Part shown: positions 61,193-64,000 of the stretch, piece by piece
Layout: each line of letters begins with the position of its first letter
Numbering within the stretch: position 1 is the stretch's first letter
Assembly: GCA_030390025.1 (NCBI GenBank)
Contig: CM059432.1
Location: 71,674,001 to 71,738,000, forward strand
Source: Squalus acanthias
Lineage: Eukaryota
DNA: 64,000 nt
Direction: 5' to 3'
Notes under the pieces: generated by a model
The model's database searches: none
The model's input: only the letters and a program-made list of their open reading frames with translations
Told to the model about the DNA's origin: nothing
Translations under genes and position numbers: made by a program

Positions 61193-63440
61193 AGAACATA
61201 AGAAATAAGAGCAGCAATAGGCCATACGGCCCCTCGAGCCTGCTCCGCCATTCAATAAGATCATGGCTGATCATCAACCTCAACTCCACTTTCCCTTGAT
61301 TCCCCTGGAGTCCAAAAATCTATCTATCTCAGCCTTGAATATACTCAAAGACTCAGCATTCACAGCCCTCTGGGGCAGAGAATTCCAAACATTCACAACC
61401 CTCTGAGTGAAGATATCCCTCCTCATCTCGGTCTTAAATGGCCGCCCCTTATCCTGAGACTATGCCCCCTAGTTCTCGGCACTCCAGCCAGGGGAAACAA
61501 CCTCTCAGCATCAACCCTGTCAATCCCCTTCAGAATCTTGTATGTTTCAATGAGATCACCTCTCATTCTTCTAAACTCCAGGGAGTATAGGCCCATTTTA
61601 CACAATCTCTCATCATAGGACAGCTCTCTTATTCCAGGAATCAATCTAGTGAACCTTTGTTACACCACCTCCAAGGCAAGTATATCCTTCCTTAGATAAG
61701 GAGACCAAAACTGTGCACAGTACTCCAGGTGTGGTCTCACCAAGGCCCTGTACAATTGTAGCAAGACTTCCTTACTCTTATACTTCAACCCCCTTGCAAT
61801 AAAGGCCAACATGCCATTTGCCTTCCTTATTGCTTGCTGTACCTGCATGCTAGCTTTGTGTTTCTTGCACGAGGACACCAAGATGGTTGTGATGATTGAA
61901 GGTCAATCATCACAGCCCCAGGACATCGCTGCAGGAGTTCCTCAGGGCAGTGTCCAAGGCCCAACCATCTTCAGCTGCTTCATCAATGACCTTCCCTCCA
62001 ACATAAGGTCAGAAATGGGGATGTTCGCTGATGATTGCACAGTGTTCAGCGCCATTCACAACCCCTCAGATAATGAAGTAGTCCATGCCCGCATGCAACA
62101 AGGCCTGGACGACGTTAAGGCTTGGGCTGATAAGTGGCAGGTAACATTCGCGCCACAGAAATGCCAGGCAATAACTATCTCCAACAAGCGAAATTCTAAC
62201 CACTTCCCCTTGACATTCAACGGCATTACCATCGCCGAATCCCCCACCATCAACATCCTGGGGGGGGGTCACCATTGACCAGAAACTTAACTGGACCAGC
62301 CACATAAATACTGTGGCAACAAGCAGGTCAGAGGCTAGGTATTCTGCGGCAAGTGTCTCACCTCCTTACTCCCCGAAGCCTTTCCACCATCTACAAGGCA
62401 CAAGTAAGGAGTATGATGGAATACTCTTCACTTGCCTGGATGAGTGCAGCTCCAACAACACTCAAGAAGCTCGACACCATCCAGGACAAAGCAGCCCGCT
62501 TGATTGGCACCCCATCCACCACCTTAAACATTCACTCCCTCCACCACCGGCGTACCGTGGCTGCAGTGTGTACCATCTACAAGATGCACTGCAGCAACTT
62601 GCCAAGGCTTCTTCGGCAGCACCTCCCAAACCCGCGACCTCTTCCACCTAGAAGGACAAGGGCAGCAGGCGCATGGGAACACCACCACCTGCAAGTTCCC
62701 CTCCAAGTCACACACCATCCTGACTTAGAAGTATATCGCCGATCCTTCATCGTCGATGGGTCAAAATCCTTGAACTCCCTACCTAACAGCACTGTGGGAG
62801 TACCTTCACCACACGGACGGCAGCGGTTCAAGAAGGCAGTTCACCACCACCTTCTCAAGGGCAACTAGGGATGGGCAATAAATGCTGGCCTTGCCAGCGA
62901 CACCCAGATCCCATAAGTGAATAAAAAAAAACACCCAACTCTCTCTGAACATCTGAAAGTTTCTCACCATTTAAAAAATATTCTGTTTTTCTATTCTTTC
63001 TACCAAAGTGAATAACCTCACATTTCCCTACATTATACTCCATCTGCCACCTTACTGCCCACTCACTTAGTCTATCTATATCCCTTTGCAGATTGTGTGT
63101 GTTCTCCTCACATCTTACTGTCCCACCTAGCTTTGTATCATCAGCAAACTTGGATACATTACACTCGGTCCCTTCATCTGGGTCATTAATATGGATTGTA
63201 AATAGCTGAGGCCCCAACACTGATCCTTGCGGCACCCCACTAGTTACAGCCTGCCAACCTGAAAAAGATCCGTTTATCCCTACTCTGTTTTCTGTCCATT
63301 AACCAATCCTCGATCCATGCTACTATATTACCCCCAACCCCATGAGCTCTAATCTTGTGTAATAACCTTTTATGTGGCACCTTATCGAATGCCTTTTGGA
63401 AATCCAAATATACTACATCCACTGGTTCCCCTTTATCTAG
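61193..63440 (-). mobile_element. CR1 3' region interrupted by a family Z LINE
   Basis: RT pieces at 63240-63422, 62855-63235, 61660-61881 and 61423-61644. Tail at ~61193-61205. ACACC lies on both sides of the insert. Confidence 0.88.
61881..62931 (+). mobile_element. 5'-truncated family Z LINE
   Basis: GVPQGSVQGP..FADD..HHHLLKGN, then AATAAAAAAAAA. Confidence 0.9.
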
Positions 63441-63479
63441 GTAAACAAAGTTCCGCTATGGCTGAATGGGTAAATTATT

Positions 63480-64000
63480 ATTTTTTTGATATTCGTTCCT
63501 AGGATGTGTGCATCACTGACAAGGCCAGCATTTACTGCCCATCCCTAATTGCCCTCGAGAAGGTGGTGGTGAGCCGCCTTCTTGAACCGCTGCAGTCCGT
63601 GTGGTGAAGGTACACCCACAGTGCTATTAGGTAGGGAGTTCCAGGATTTTGACCCAGCGACGATGAAGGATCGGCGATATACTTCCAAGTCAGCATGGTG
63701 TGTAACTTGGAGGTGATGGTGTTCCCATGCACCTGCTGCCCTTGTCCTTCTAGGTGGCAGAGGCCGTGGGTTTAGGAGGTGCTGTCGAAGAAGCCATGGC
63801 GAGTTGCTGCAGTGCGTCTTGTAGATGGTACACACTGCAGCCACAGTGTGCCAGTGGCGGAGGGAGTGAATGATTTTTTAAGGTGGTGGATGGGGTGTCA
63901 ATCAAGCGGGCTGCTTTGTCCTGGATGGTGTCGAGCTTCTTGAGCGTTGTTGGAGCTGAACTCATCCAGGCAAGTGGAGAGTATTCCAACACACTCCTGA
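63480..64000 (-). mobile_element. Family Z LINE 3' end, continuing past the right edge
   Basis: ORFs 63545-63844 and 63750-63992 match the family. T-run at 63481-63487. Confidence 0.88.

Overview
Vertebrate genomic DNA, most likely from a cartilaginous fish judging by the repeat families (inference). The only host gene is the 3' part of BPNT2/IMPAD1 (Golgi PAP 3'-phosphatase) on the minus strand: four coding exons of 163, 96, 162 and 275 nt with canonical splice sites, followed by a probable ~5.5-kb 3' UTR. Exon 1 lies beyond the right edge. Most of the rest is nested transposable elements: CR1 LINEs (one with ORF2 apparently open to the window edge), a second poly(A)-tailed LINE family, L2s, two solo LTRs, Penelope-type fragments with a hammerhead ribozyme core, SINEs, a Tc1/pogo-type MITE, and a PIF/Harbinger-type system. 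That system comprises two decayed intron-containing Myb/SANT genes and several MITEs with GG(N)-AAATT termini and AWT target duplications. The most striking observation is a pair of diverged ~750-bp MITEs (32703-33463, 39132-39868). They keep hairpins through compensatory substitutions, NRF1-like and CCAAT/E-box motifs, and an identically spaced splice-signal cassette that defines a 30-nt micro-exon. Repeat names come from motif recognition only; no database search was run.
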